This document shows positions 23,982 to 35,998 of a stretch of 59,218 nt of DNA, piece by piece. Source of the DNA: Mesotaenium endlicherianum (taxonomy: Eukaryota); NCBI GenBank assembly GCA_009602735.1, contig WELA01002483.1, positions 165,003 through 224,220 of the forward strand, written 5' to 3'. A program made the translations under genes and the position numbers. Numbering within the stretch: the first letter of the stretch is position 1; the number at the start of each line of letters is the position of its first letter. Below the pieces are notes generated by a model. That model did no database searches. It was not told the origin of the DNA and saw nothing but the letters and a program-made list of their open reading frames with translations.

Positions 23982-26900
23982 CTAAAAGAATCCTCCTACG
24001 AAAGGCACACACAAGTTGAGGCCGATGTAAAGCGAGCCTGTCTGGCAGTTGAATCCGTTATTCATCGACCGAAACAGTGCTACGCTGCGGTGGAACTTGT
24101 AGTAAATAATGGAGGCACATGTGTCGCCCCTCCGAGTTGTGTAGTACTTCCGGCACGGGAGAGCAGTTTGGATGGTGCCCCCCACGCAGACCTGATGGCA
24201 GCAGCAGGGAGAGCAAATTTGAGTAAGGGTGTCATGGTGAGGAGGGTCAGAATGTCCACACAAAGAAGCAAGCAAACCTGACTATTTCTCTAGCTTCAGA
24301 CCAAGCTTACACTAAACCTACACATAACCTTGCTCCCCGCGGTGCATCCAGGACTGAAAACGGGCTGCCACTTGGAGACTCCCTGGAGCAGAGTGTTCTG
24401 AAAATCTTGCACACCACGTGAGGCATATGAGCAAATGGCACTACAAGATCACAAGAGACAACCTCCAGGGATCTTTCCCTCCCTAGACACCACTGACATG
24501 ACATTCCTCCAGCACGAGTGGGCCAGTGTCTCCTCTAGAAGATCCAAGCGACATTCCAGCACTCCCAGCTCGCAAAAGGACGTGTTGAGCCCCTTTTACA
24601 CCTCCACACGCACGCACACGCTCTCTGCCTACTCTCTGAGACGCCATCTGCACAGCTACAAAACATCCTCTGCACAGCCGATAACTTTGGACCCTAGTGA
24701 GCGAGCGTACCTCGCCGTCACCACAATGTGGAGATCACAGGACCATGCGAGACCGAGAGGCTACCAGAAACCGCAAAAAGCAACGCAGGAGCTTGTTGAG
24801 CTTGAGGTCCCAAGGGACGGTCAGCTCAACAAGCCAGCGCGTTGCGAGAAAGCAGAGCGCGAGAGCAGAACAGAGTGTGGCTGGCTGGTGGCTACACGCG
24901 GCGTGTCCGTTGACGCACCTGCTGGCCGGGCAGCGAGAGTCCCTCAGTGGGAATCAGATTGGAGCAGTAGATGCCGGGGTTCAACGCGTAGAATTGGGCA
25001 GGTGCCAGCCCGCGCTGGAGCCAGATCGACTGACAGGTGTCGTTTGCCTCCACAGGCGCGTACTCCACACACACGGGAGCTCCCAACTTCCCCGCGCCAG
25101 CTTGCACACAGACCTGCATGGGGCAAAAGGGTGCAAAGCGTACAAACATTCAGTTCCAGTCAATGTACGTACATCCGTACCTACATGCACACACTGCGAT
25201 ACACACTCGGATCAAGAGGGGCTACTCCTCCTCCAAATTGGAGCAGCTCCTGTCATCAGGCCTCAAGAGGTGGCGACGTCAAAGCCGGCAAGTACGAAGG
25301 GGGAGGTCACTGTACACCATCGTAAGCAGGCCTGTGTTGGAGTCGATCTTGCAGATGCCTGCCTGGCAAGAGGTGCGAACATGATTGTGCGCCTATGCGT
25401 CATGAGGTTCTTTCCTATCCCGTATGTGTGTGTGTGTGTGTGTGTGTGTTTGTGTGTGAATCTCTGCAATGTTGCCCCGTATATTAATGAACAGAAAGAC
25501 AAACACAAGTGCACAGAATGAGCAGGGTGAGGGGGGAAATTGATCTTCCAAGTATCGTAAGCCTTCCAGGAAGGACCCCCGGGTATGATATTGCGATCGC
25601 CATCCACGGGAAGCACGAGCAGCAGCACCCACATTGGGGCTTCTGTGTTTCAGCCCAGTCCAGACGGAGAGAATGGAGTGCATGCCAGCATAGAAGAGAC
25701 ACGACAGCAACCCCTAAGGGTGTCCAGCAGCAGGGGACAGGTTCAGCCAACAAGCCCTTCTACTTTTGACGCCGACCTTCCTTGAACCTGCCGTGGACGT
25801 AACTTGTGACGCGTCTGCCTCTGCAAAGCCTCCCCACCGGAAATGGGCTCAGCCCCCAACAAAAGCCACCAGCAGACAAGATGCAAGCGAACGAAGCTAA
25901 CCTCTTCTTCATAGCACGGTGGGACAGGAGGCACTCGCCAGCAGGGGCAGCTGTATTGTGGGCAGCTAGCTCCAGCCACGCAGAAAAATGAGGCGAGAAG
26001 CCGGAGGAAGAAGGGGAGGGGCCAGCTCGCAGGGCAGGGCAGGGCGCCCTGGAGAGAGGTGCAGACCAAGGGCGTCCAGCATGGTCAGGAAGGGAAGGGG
26101 CTCACCTGCTGCCCCGGCAGCAGCTGTGCGCAGTCCAGGCCGGGATTCAGGTCTGGCAAGAGCTCTATTGAGAACGTCGCTGCGATCGACTGACACGTGT
26201 CGCCCTGCAAGCAAGGTACGAAACGCAGGGCTCCGCTGGGGAGGGTCACATCCAGAGGGAGCACGCAGAGCCACAGCCGCGTCGGTCGCACTCAAATGCA
26301 CACTTTGCCACACAGGCTGTGCACAGCACTTTCTAAAAGACTGCATACACGCGCTGCGGGCTAGTGTCTACAGTGCCAAGAACACGTGAATTGCATGCGA
26401 GCGCGTGCGTGCGTGTGCGTGCGTGAGTGTATTCGTGTGTGATTTGGGGGGACTGAGTTCAAGCTTGCAAATGACAGGCTCTGCATTCTGGCTGCAGCAG
26501 TGCAGAGGCCAGCAGGGTGGGGGAGCGGTGCTGAGCTCACAGGCGCAACGGAGTAGGTGGCATTGCAGCCACTGGTGTCATTCCCGTTGTCCACGGCCAA
26601 AAGTACTCCCGGCGTTAGAGGAGGCGTACAATCCAGGCCCTGTCACAAGAGGGAGCAAGAGGGGGGGGGCATCAGACTGCCTGGAGTCAGCTGTCCCTGC
26701 GCCTATATGCAAGGGGGAGACGCACAGAGGGTGCAACTGATGGCTCCCGGATTTCAAGTCCTGTTCATCAAATCCACGGCATCGCGCGGGCGCAGTGGCA
26801 CTGCCACGTGGAAGCAGTGCTAGAGCTCACAGTCCCGAGGCAGAGATCCACGAACCCCAGCTGTCTGCAGATTGACGAGGATTGCCATCATCCAAAGGTG

Positions 26901-27266
26901 CAGGGAAGAGGCTTGCGCTGATTCGAGGGGAGGGGGGGAACAGACAACTCCAGAGGTGGACAGACATGCGTTCAGACATACAACACACACGTGACCCTTC
27001 CCTACTCGTACAAACCACGTGCAGGCCCCCCTGCATTTGCACACTGTCAGGAAGACGGGGTTGTGCATATGACGGAGGCGGAGGCTCCAGACAAGATGGC
27101 GCGAGGAGCCAGCTGGCAACGAGGTTGCTGGAGAGGGGCTGCCACTCACGGGATTCAGTGCCAGGAGCTGGTCCAGGGTGATGCGGAACATGGTGTGGAT
27201 GAGGTAGCAGGTGTCGTTCTTCTGCACCTCGTAGCTGCCGCTGTCCACGTAGCTCAGCGCTGAGAG

Positions 27267-27308
<42 letters not shown>

Positions 27309-30300
27309 CTCACCCGCGAGTGTGAGGACATGATATCAGCAAGCGCAGGCTCGTGCTCATGCTCATGCGCATGCACTACAGCATTTCCCAGAAAGGTGCC
27401 TCTCACGCCAAATTTTGATACTACTTTACATTCCCATGGAAAGGTTACTGGCCAGATATGCACGGACGCATGCACGCCAGAAGCAAGACATAAAATTGCG
27501 CAGCTGGTCTTTGCCCCGCCTCCGCCAGAGTCATGGCAAAGTTTGGCAACTGAAGGAACCGGGCCGCCCGCACCCTCGAGGTGAAGAGGTGTGAAGAGGG
27601 GCTGAGGGGTACGCTCACCGGTAGCACACGTGGGCTGCTGGTTCATGAGCTCTGCCACAAAATACCCGAAGGGGCAGATGCACGTGTAGCTGCCCACCCC
27701 GTCGTCGATGCAAGTCCCCGTCTGGCACGGGTTGGACGCCGCGAAGGTGCATGGCCGCGCTGCACAGCCCCGCCCCCTCCCCATATGCGCCAGGTGGCAG
27801 CAGGGGGGAGGGCCACGTGTCAATAATCTCTTGTGGGCACAGAGCTGCATGAGCAGTTGCGCGCACACCCAGCGCGGAGGACCCTCAGCCCCCCAGCACT
27901 TCTCATAGGGCCCTGCAAACCCCCTCGAGAGAGCCTAGCAGCTGAAACACTAGATGAGAATTCTGAACAGCCTGGAACTTAGCATTTCACAGATGGGATC
28001 ACACCCATCTGCAGCACGAGGAACTCGGTGGGGCTGGCAGAGTCACACTGCTGTGGCGGCAACGAGGGAAGAGGCCATAGGGCAGGGCTTGACAGGCAGG
28101 TGAAGGCGCGTGGAGACGAGGAAAGGCTGGAAGGGTGGCGCGGCACGCCACGCCCCCCCATGCTGGCACCGAGCACAGGAGGGCTCACTAGTCAGCTGGG
28201 CAAGCCACACCAGGCCCCCAGCAGGTCAGCACAGCTTACCGGGAGCGCAGGACTGGGAGCCGTCGACGTTGCTGACGGCCACGAACTGGTCGGGGCACAC
28301 GCACTCGTAGCTACTTCCCGCAGGAATGCAGGTCCCGCCCCCGCAGGGGTTGATGCCCCCGCACGGGCTGCTGGCTGCGCATCACCAGAGGAACAGAGTG
28401 AATAGGACCAGACATACGTATTATGTGGGCCTATATGTAAACGGGTGGTTTGATGTCGCGGGAGAGAGAGAGTGCTTGGGTGTGCTTGACACAATGTGAT
28501 CATTGATCTGCACGGGGGGGGAGCGGCGCAAGCGCGCGAGCACCCACCCGCGAGGACGGGGTAGGAGGCGGGCGTGGCGGCGACGCCGCAGATGCCGGGG
28601 CCGCCCGCGATGGCCAGGCGCATGTACCCGCCCTCGCCCCAGCTGGCGCCCCACGAGTTGCGGATGATGAGGTAGGGGCGTTCGGTGTCGAGCACGTAGC
28701 CCACAAGCAGCACCGCGTGGTCCACCACCTGGTTGGCGTAGCAGTCGGGGTCCTCAAACAGGCCCTGGTGGAATAGAGCAATGAGAGGGAGAGGCGGGGG
28801 CCACGTGTCAACCACTTAGCGTTTGTTGCACGTAGTGGGCACGCAACAGACCCATGCTGATGCTCCCCTCGTCGCTCTCACAAGCTCTGGGTGCACGTGC
28901 ATCAGCAGGCCTGCTCCATTCCGCCAGTAGAGCCCCCAGGGAGCAGGGCCTGCCTCTAGTGGGTGCTCCGCTGCCAACCGCCCTCGTCCGGGAGGGAGAG
29001 TTGTGGCGGCAAACGAGAGGGATGGAGGGTGGGGTCAGAGGCGATACCCCCAGGTAGTTCTTGAACGAGTCCTGGCTGCCTTCCACGTTCACAATGACGG
29101 GCTGCCTCTGCACGGCCAGCAGGAGGCCGAGCAAGCCATAGAAATCAACCTGCTCCCACAGGGTGATTCCGTACTGGCCTTGTTCCTCCTGCAGACACAC
29201 ACACACACACACACACATACACGAGACACCCAAGCGTGATAAGCAGGTCGGTCCAGTCCCGTTTGTATAGTAGGGTGTGGAGCTTCCCAAGAGGCATAGT
29301 GCGTTCATGCAAACGTATATGTCATCGCATACAAAGGCATGAATGAACATTCATATAACAAACTGCTTCTGATGATTCCAGTCGTGCAGTTGGTTTCAGT
29401 CGAACGACTGAAATGACTGCCAATTGGGAGTCGCAGTATTTCAGCCTTCCGTTTTCAACTGTCAGCCGACGCATAACTATTGACTGAAATGAATGCCGCC
29501 AATCTCCGCCACTCCCTCTTGGCTGTCGGGCGGTGTTGCAGCCAATGAGTCAGAGAGATTTGAGGCGGAGTCACAGTCGTTCACCCATGCAGGCACCTCA
29601 TTCTCTTTAGTCACGTGGCCATTTTCAGTCGCTTCTCCAATCAGTCACTCGTGAGTCCCCGTTGTGTGTGCGTCACATTTCAAGGCAAGGCAAGGCGAGG
29701 CATTATCCCACACACCAAAGCAGCACGCGACTTCAAAGAAGAAATATACACCGATATATTTGACTACACTTGTGGATCTGTGCTTTCTGGCCGCCTGCTT
29801 ACACAACAACAGATGCTTGCATCTGACACGGCAACACACACTCGCCTTATGGATGGCAAAGTACCGTCACTAGATCTCGATCCAGGGTTGGTGCACACAC
29901 ACAGACAGGCAGGCGAACCAGCTCACGACAAATGAACTCCAGGACCACCCACGTCACAAGTGCTTGTTCGTCTTACAAGATTGGCAGCACATTCAAACGG
30001 CTCGACCCCCCGGTAGGGGTACACAGCGCTGGTGGCGAGGGCCTTCCCGGCCGCCACGTAGTTGAAAGCGTCGCCCGGCCACCCCCCCTCGCACGCGCCG
30101 CTGCCCGCCTGGCAGTCCAGCACCTGCTGCTCGCTGGCCGACACCGCGCCCGCCCCCGGGTTGCTGATGGAGAACGCGCCCTCAATGGCGCCCACCGCCG
30201 CAAACGCCCAGCTGGCACCTGGCAGACGAGGCCACGCGCAGCCAGCCAGCCAGCCAGCCCAGTCAGCCAACCGAGGAGAGCACGTTTCAGGTGAAAAGGC

Positions 30301-33300
30301 CGGTCGAAAAGCTCGGTTCTCGAGATGGGAGAGACTCTACAGGATGCAACGCCTTGGCGAGGATAAGGTCAGGACCAAGCACAATGACACCAGCCAGCTC
30401 ATGACGTTCGCCACATTTGCGGACTCACGGATGCAGACCGTGCTGGCGTTAAAACAAGAGGGAGTACCAAGAAGCGGAACACAAACACACACACTCACAC
30501 GCACACGCTGACAGGGGATAGAGCACTCCCGTGAAGGAGCTCAGCCAAGCACTCGAATGGCATCAACACTCCACTCTTCGTTGCTGCACACCTACATCCT
30601 AGACCTGGTTTTAGCCGTCCCCTGTGCAAAAGCCAACACGCGCCAGGTAAAAGAACGCAGCACCTATGCGACCTCTCGGGGCTGTTCCACGTCACACAGC
30701 AGCAGCCCGTCGGAATCAGGAGGGTAGGGCTCTAGTGTGGTGTTGTAGGCCGCTCACCGCACTGCAGCTGGTCCTTGACGGGGGGCAGCACGTTCTGCTG
30801 GGACCAGTCCACGCTGCTCGCGATGCTCCAGTTCACACTGCTGCCGTCGGCGGCGCCGGTGAACCCGTAGCTGGCGTGGCGGAACCCCGGGTTGAGGTAC
30901 GGCGACGCCTTTGTCTCCTCGTGAAACACGAGGCCCGTCACGCGCGCCAGCAGCGTCTGCGGAGGGCGTGGCGGAGGGGGGGCTGCAAGGGGGCAACAGA
31001 CAGACATATTACATCATCTAAGAAGTTAATATCATTGGAGAGCAAGCGGAGTTCGAGACGACACCAAGCGGGAACAGACTCTACCTCCCCCTTGCTGGTG
31101 CAGGTGGGCCACTTGCAAGCGCTGCTCCAGACAGGAGCCTCGGGAAGGAGCGAGTTTGAGACAGGAGGGTCCTCCCAGAAGAGTGCATACCCATGTGCCC
31201 TTACGCATAGCAGCAAGCACACTTGTCATGTGGCAAGCTGCAAGGGGCGACAAATTTCTTGACGCGCAGCCATGAATTGGCCCTTAGAGGCGACGCTGGC
31301 TGCTGTAAAGATCTGCTCTTGGCAGACGGCGCACTCGTCTCTCTGACGTCAACCACTAAGGCTGCGACGAGCGACTGCAGCACCGCACCGCCAGCCTCAC
31401 CAAGACCAACCTCACGAGTTGCAAAGGGAGCGTGGAGACGCCAAATCCTCTGCCAGACTGGATCCAAAACTGCAGATGCCTGGCAGCACACAGCACCCGC
31501 CTCTATGCACTCTGCTAATAGAGGAGGGACAGCCCGAGGGTTGGAGCGCGGGCACCCTACCAGGAATTTCCGTGCAGGAGTTGACTTGCGGCCCTATAGT
31601 GAAGCCGGCGAAGCAGAGGCAGGTGGGCGTGGTGCCGTTGAGGTAGCACTCGCCGCCCGCCTGGTACTCGCTGCCCATCCCGCAGATGGTGTAGGTGTCG
31701 GCCCCGCAGAAGGCCGCGCACTCCGCCTTTGTGCGCTGGCGGGTGGTGGGGCACGAGCCGCGGTCCGTGAAGCAGTTGTCGGCCACGCAGGACTTGGAGC
31801 CGCCGGGGTATCGTATGTACGGTGCGCCGCTCATGTAGTTGTCGCTTGCACGGACGACAACTGTCTCCGTCTGAACGATCGGCAGATCGCCCGCCAGCTG
31901 GTTCGACGATACATCTCTGACAGGTACACGCACAAAACCAAGCACATACCCAGGCGGGCTCACCCAGACACACACACACACACACACACACACATGTGTA
32001 AGTAACAGCTTACTAACAAGGCCTGGCCAGCGTGCCGGTTCTGTTGCTTCTTGAAGCAAAGGGCGCACAAAGGGACTGACACCACTCAAGTCGTGATTGC
32101 TTCCTCTAAGTTTTGGAGCATGCACACATGGCGCCTTCACATGCAAAGCCCAGAGCGCACGAGAGTGAGCAAGATCTGTCCAGACTTGCCGGAGCAAGTC
32201 ATCGCAGACCAATGAACCCAGCCACCGGAAGCAGCGTGAGGCCAGAAGTCGACAACGCAGCCGGGAGGCTGACATGCCAACCCTCGCACAGCGCCCACAG
32301 CAGTGCTGCAGCCCGTAGCTGCGCCGACACGCAGCGGCCCTCAAGACTAGGTCTGCATCCATGGCAGACGTTTTGTACGCTTGGAGACGGAGCAGGGACG
32401 AAGCTGAATAAGTGCCGTGCTGCCAACATCAGAGAACGTACGCTCCATGCTCCTCTCGACACCCGATACGTCGGCCGACTACGTCGCAGCGGTGGGCAGG
32501 GTGCGGGAGGAGGACAGGCAGCTTGCTCACTCACAGAAGTTTCAGGCGGGTCAAAGTCTTCATGCAGTAAGGCAGGATGCCGTAGAACCGGTTGCGCTGC
32601 AGCTGCCTGCAACCCCCCCAGCCCCGGGGCACTCAGCGTCACATATGCCAGATGGGGGAGCCAGCACCTGGACTTGGCAGTCAGCAATTTTCCGAACAAG
32701 CAGTCACCATATCACACCCAGCAGCCTTCAAACCGCGCGCTACGGTTGATGAACACCAGAAGCACGTCGCGCGCCTGCGCGCCATACGGCCTGCATGATT
32801 TTCGAGACGCAGTGGCTCTGCTCCGTCCAGCCGGACACAGTATGTGCGCAACCCTTAGACTTGGGGGCCGTATGCATCGTGAGCCCACTGTCAGCGGTGG
32901 GCTCCTCTTGGTTCCCGCTGGAATCACGCACGCCGACATGGATCAAGGGACGCGATGGAGTGCCAGGAGCTGAACAACGAGGAGGGAGGAGAAGACTGTG
33001 GAGAAACGAGCGATGCAGATGCAACCAGACGGGCTGCGGTGCTCGCTCTTACAGGGTGGTGATTCTGGCGAGTCTGCACAGACCATCGGGGATGTGGCCC
33101 GTCAGCCTGTTGCTCTGCAGGTGCCTGCACCACCACCCCCACCGGTCACCGTCGCACGTGTTAGAAAATCTCCCCTCCTCGAGCCTCAAATCCCACTTGC
33201 TTCTGGCGCTGGCGTTGGCCCCGACGCCGTGAGCGAGGCCCAGAGCTTCAGAGGCGCCGATGCCAGCAGGGAGCCCGGCCGAGTCTCCTGCGACCAGAGG

Positions 33301-35998
33301 GCCAATATATGCTGTAGAAAGACTTCAGAACCACTGCACTTGCACTCCATATCTGCAGCCACAGGCACCCTCCAGCTGGCGTCCCCGCACAGCTGGCGGG
33401 TGCACAATCGTGTCCAGCCCTCCCCCTCTCAAAGCCAGACTCTATATCCCAAAGAATAGGCCCATCTTGGGGGGGGGGCATTCATCCAGCCTCCGTATCT
33501 CCGGGGTGTCCCAGCACTTACGGCACATGCGACAGGGGACTCACGAGACATAGCTGCCAGGTCAAGCAGGTGAGGGGGGCCAGAGCCTTGGCTGCAGGCA
33601 GCTTAAGATGGGGTTGGGACTGCTGCCACGTGGCGCTGTGTCTTTGAGAGCAAGCCCGCCAACTGGACAGCATCTTTCATCTGACAACCGGTGCATGCGC
33701 TGACTGCCAGCAAACATCCGGCTCCAAATTTCTACGTGGACACAGAGGGGGAGGGAGGGGGCGTGGCGCCTCTCACAGCTGGGTGAGGCGGGTGAGGTTG
33801 CCGAGGCACTCGGGGATGCCGCCCGTGAGCTGATTCTGCGCCAGCTCCCTGCCGCCCCCGCCCCTCTCCCCCCGCCCGGAGCTGCTATCAGCCACCCTCA
33901 TGGCTGCTTTCAACTCGGTTCACTCGGAGGCGAGTGCACGAATGTAAGGTATCACCAGCAGCCGCTCAGGCACTGCTCCCTGGCTGCACTAGGGTTCATA
34001 GAGTCGGCAGCGCATCCAACGTCAGGGTGCATGTAGTGAAGGCACCACTTGCAGGGCCAAGTGGAGGGCGGGCTGCCGGCCATTACAGGAAGGTAAGTGC
34101 TCTGATGCGGCATACTTCTGGCGGGATGCTGCCACCCAGCTTCGTCTTGCTCAGCCGCCTGCGCCCGCACATGAACCCCCGCATGGCACCCGGCTCCATC
34201 ACTCCTGCTAAGCACGCGTACACACGTTCAGAGGCATGGGCTCAACTGCAAGCGGGGGCGCGCGTGTGCGCGCGCAGGATGGCGTCATGTGTGGACATCC
34301 GCAAAGACGTGTGCAAGAACGTGGTGCTACTTCTTGTGGCCCTACATTGACCTACACGAGGTGGTCATGGTTTTGCACGGAACAGATACGGGAGTATCAC
34401 AAACTTCTCGAGCGTACGCAACACTTGCTCCCCTCAGGCAGCCTCCAGTCCATCCACGTCAGAGACATTCGGCTGGCTATGCTGCTGAGTATGAAGGCAC
34501 ACTTGCTTCTCTCACGAGGAGGAACACGGAACTGGAGGTAGTGGAAAAGCATAGGGAGAGGAGTGATCAAAACCTGAAGCCTGCAGTGCGATTCTGCTGT
34601 GCCCTGTCTGATATCAAGAGACCCCACGGGGCACAGACAAGAGCGGCAAAGCGTCTGACTCCTTTCTCCTCCAACGTGCACGGGTCTCTGCTGCATGCAT
34701 GACGCGGGACAGCCACCTAGGAGAGTGCATACAGCAGAGTGAGTGTGACGGCTCTTTTGCAAGTGCCAAGTGGCACGTAGCAGCATCTCCATCATCAATT
34801 TGAACGGTAGCGCTGCCTGCAAGCAATGTGTCCGAAACTTACAACAGCGCCAGGCTCTGCAGGAGCTGGACGGCAGGCCCTAGGGTCCCGCGCAGTCCCC
34901 GGCCCACCACGTCGCTGCCATCCATTCATCGCAGCAGCAGCGCAGCAACGTCATCCAAAAGCGTCAGAATTCGGATTTGATTGAAAAATTCAAAGGGGCC
35001 ATCAGAAATGCTCCATGGGCCTGTGCCTTCCTGCCCCCTGCCAGGATCTCTGGCATGGCTCAGCAGAAATCCGATCCCTTCTTAAGTGCTAGCTCCTACT
35101 TCATCATGTACTCTGCCTGGGGAAGCTTCTACTCTCACCTACAGCAGCACCAGGTGAAGCTACTTGGAAGGACAAGGCGTAGGACAAAGCTGACTATGTG
35201 GCTAGGGCGGCTGAGCGCACACGGCCACACATACATGGCAGTGACATGGCCGGCCTTGTTGCAGCGGACACCGGAGTACTTGCCGCAGTAGGCTCCCTTC
35301 CACGTGGCAGTTGGCCCCGAGCTCAGAAAGTCAACCCGCAAGCTCTGCAGCGCAGCCCCTGACATAGCCAGAGAAACAAGAAAACCCTTATGGCTGAGGC
35401 GTAGAGATGTAGGGTACAGTCATGCATGAGATAGCTGCAAACTGACCTACTCCATGCTATCAAAGCCAGGAATACCTTGTATAACTGAAAAAAAGGGGGA
35501 CCATCAATACAGTACTTCCACATTGTCGCTTGTACAAGTCTCTTGACTAGGTTGCCATGTCCCGTCTGACACGACCAGTGCTCCCTTATTATTCAAATAC
35601 AAGATGGTGAGACAACCCCTATTGCTCAGCTGCACGCGTATGCCGTCGTCAAATCTCCAACTGCGGAGTAAGAGAAACAGCCAATATCCAATGATATTCT
35701 TGCGAGAACCTGAAATCTATTTCTTCTCGCATAGCTTAATAAATAAGAGGCTTCTTGTTTTGACAGAGTCAAGATTGGCAATCATACAGCTGCAAGTCTT
35801 AAGGTCAATGTGTCACCAAAGATCAGGGGAGATTAAAGCCATCACAATTTCCTGTGCAAAAGGTTTTCAGACGAAGTGCTGAAGTCCTACAAGCGAGCAT
35901 GGGAGTGAAAACGCACCGTCAGTTTTGTGAATCAATATAGCCGAAACATGCGTAAGGTAGAATATCAGCAGAAGCATTGCTGGAAAAAGCCGCCCCAT
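23982..35998 (-). CDS. Secreted mosaic protein, copy A (~911 aa): signal peptide, LRRNT + LRRs, EGF, Pro hinge, papain-like C1A domain (catalytic Cys->Ser), 2 EGF, 4 LysM. 19 exons (5'->3'): 35917-35998, 35235-35358, 34843-34914, 34087-34158, 33777-33848, 33053-33124, 32535-32606, 31561-31916, 30758-30982, 29977-30218, 29048-29188, 28548-28764, 28240-28374, 27619-27759, 27150-27259, 26541-26639, 26106-26204, 24919-25113, 23982-24191
   Basis: Signal peptide MGRLFPAMLLLIFYLTHVSA; LRR cap WKGAYCGKYSGVRCNKAGHV; plant LRRs such as LELAQNQLTGGIPECLGNLTRLTQL; C1A motifs VDWS..LPPVKDQLQC|GASWAFA, SEQQVLDC, CEGGWP, DHAVLLVGY, IIRNSWGASWGEGGYMRL, GICG; EGFs NPCGGGTC..YECVCP and NPCQTGTC..YTCICP; LysMs such as YSVAPGDTCQSIA..LNPGLDCAQLLPGQQVCV. 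All introns are GT-AG, phases are continuous (2736 nt), and every exon has a counterpart in copy B. Confidence 0.9.

Noticed and set aside
24435..25521. Long plus-strand ORFs antisense to the mosaic genes and SEC8 (e.g. 24435-25325, 32113-32973, 17680-18408)
   Set aside because: Expected in GC-rich sequence; no recognisable motifs and not conserved between the duplicates.
26849..26870. Possible micro-exon in intron 15 of copy A (ctgcag|ACAGCT...gtgag)
   Set aside because: It would shift the frame and split LysM1, and the splice sites are not conserved in copy B.
29369..29450. CTGATGA...GAAA resembling a hammerhead ribozyme core or a C/D snoRNA
   Set aside because: Stem II does not close next to the core, no stem III/UH site forms, and the boxes are antisense to the host intron.
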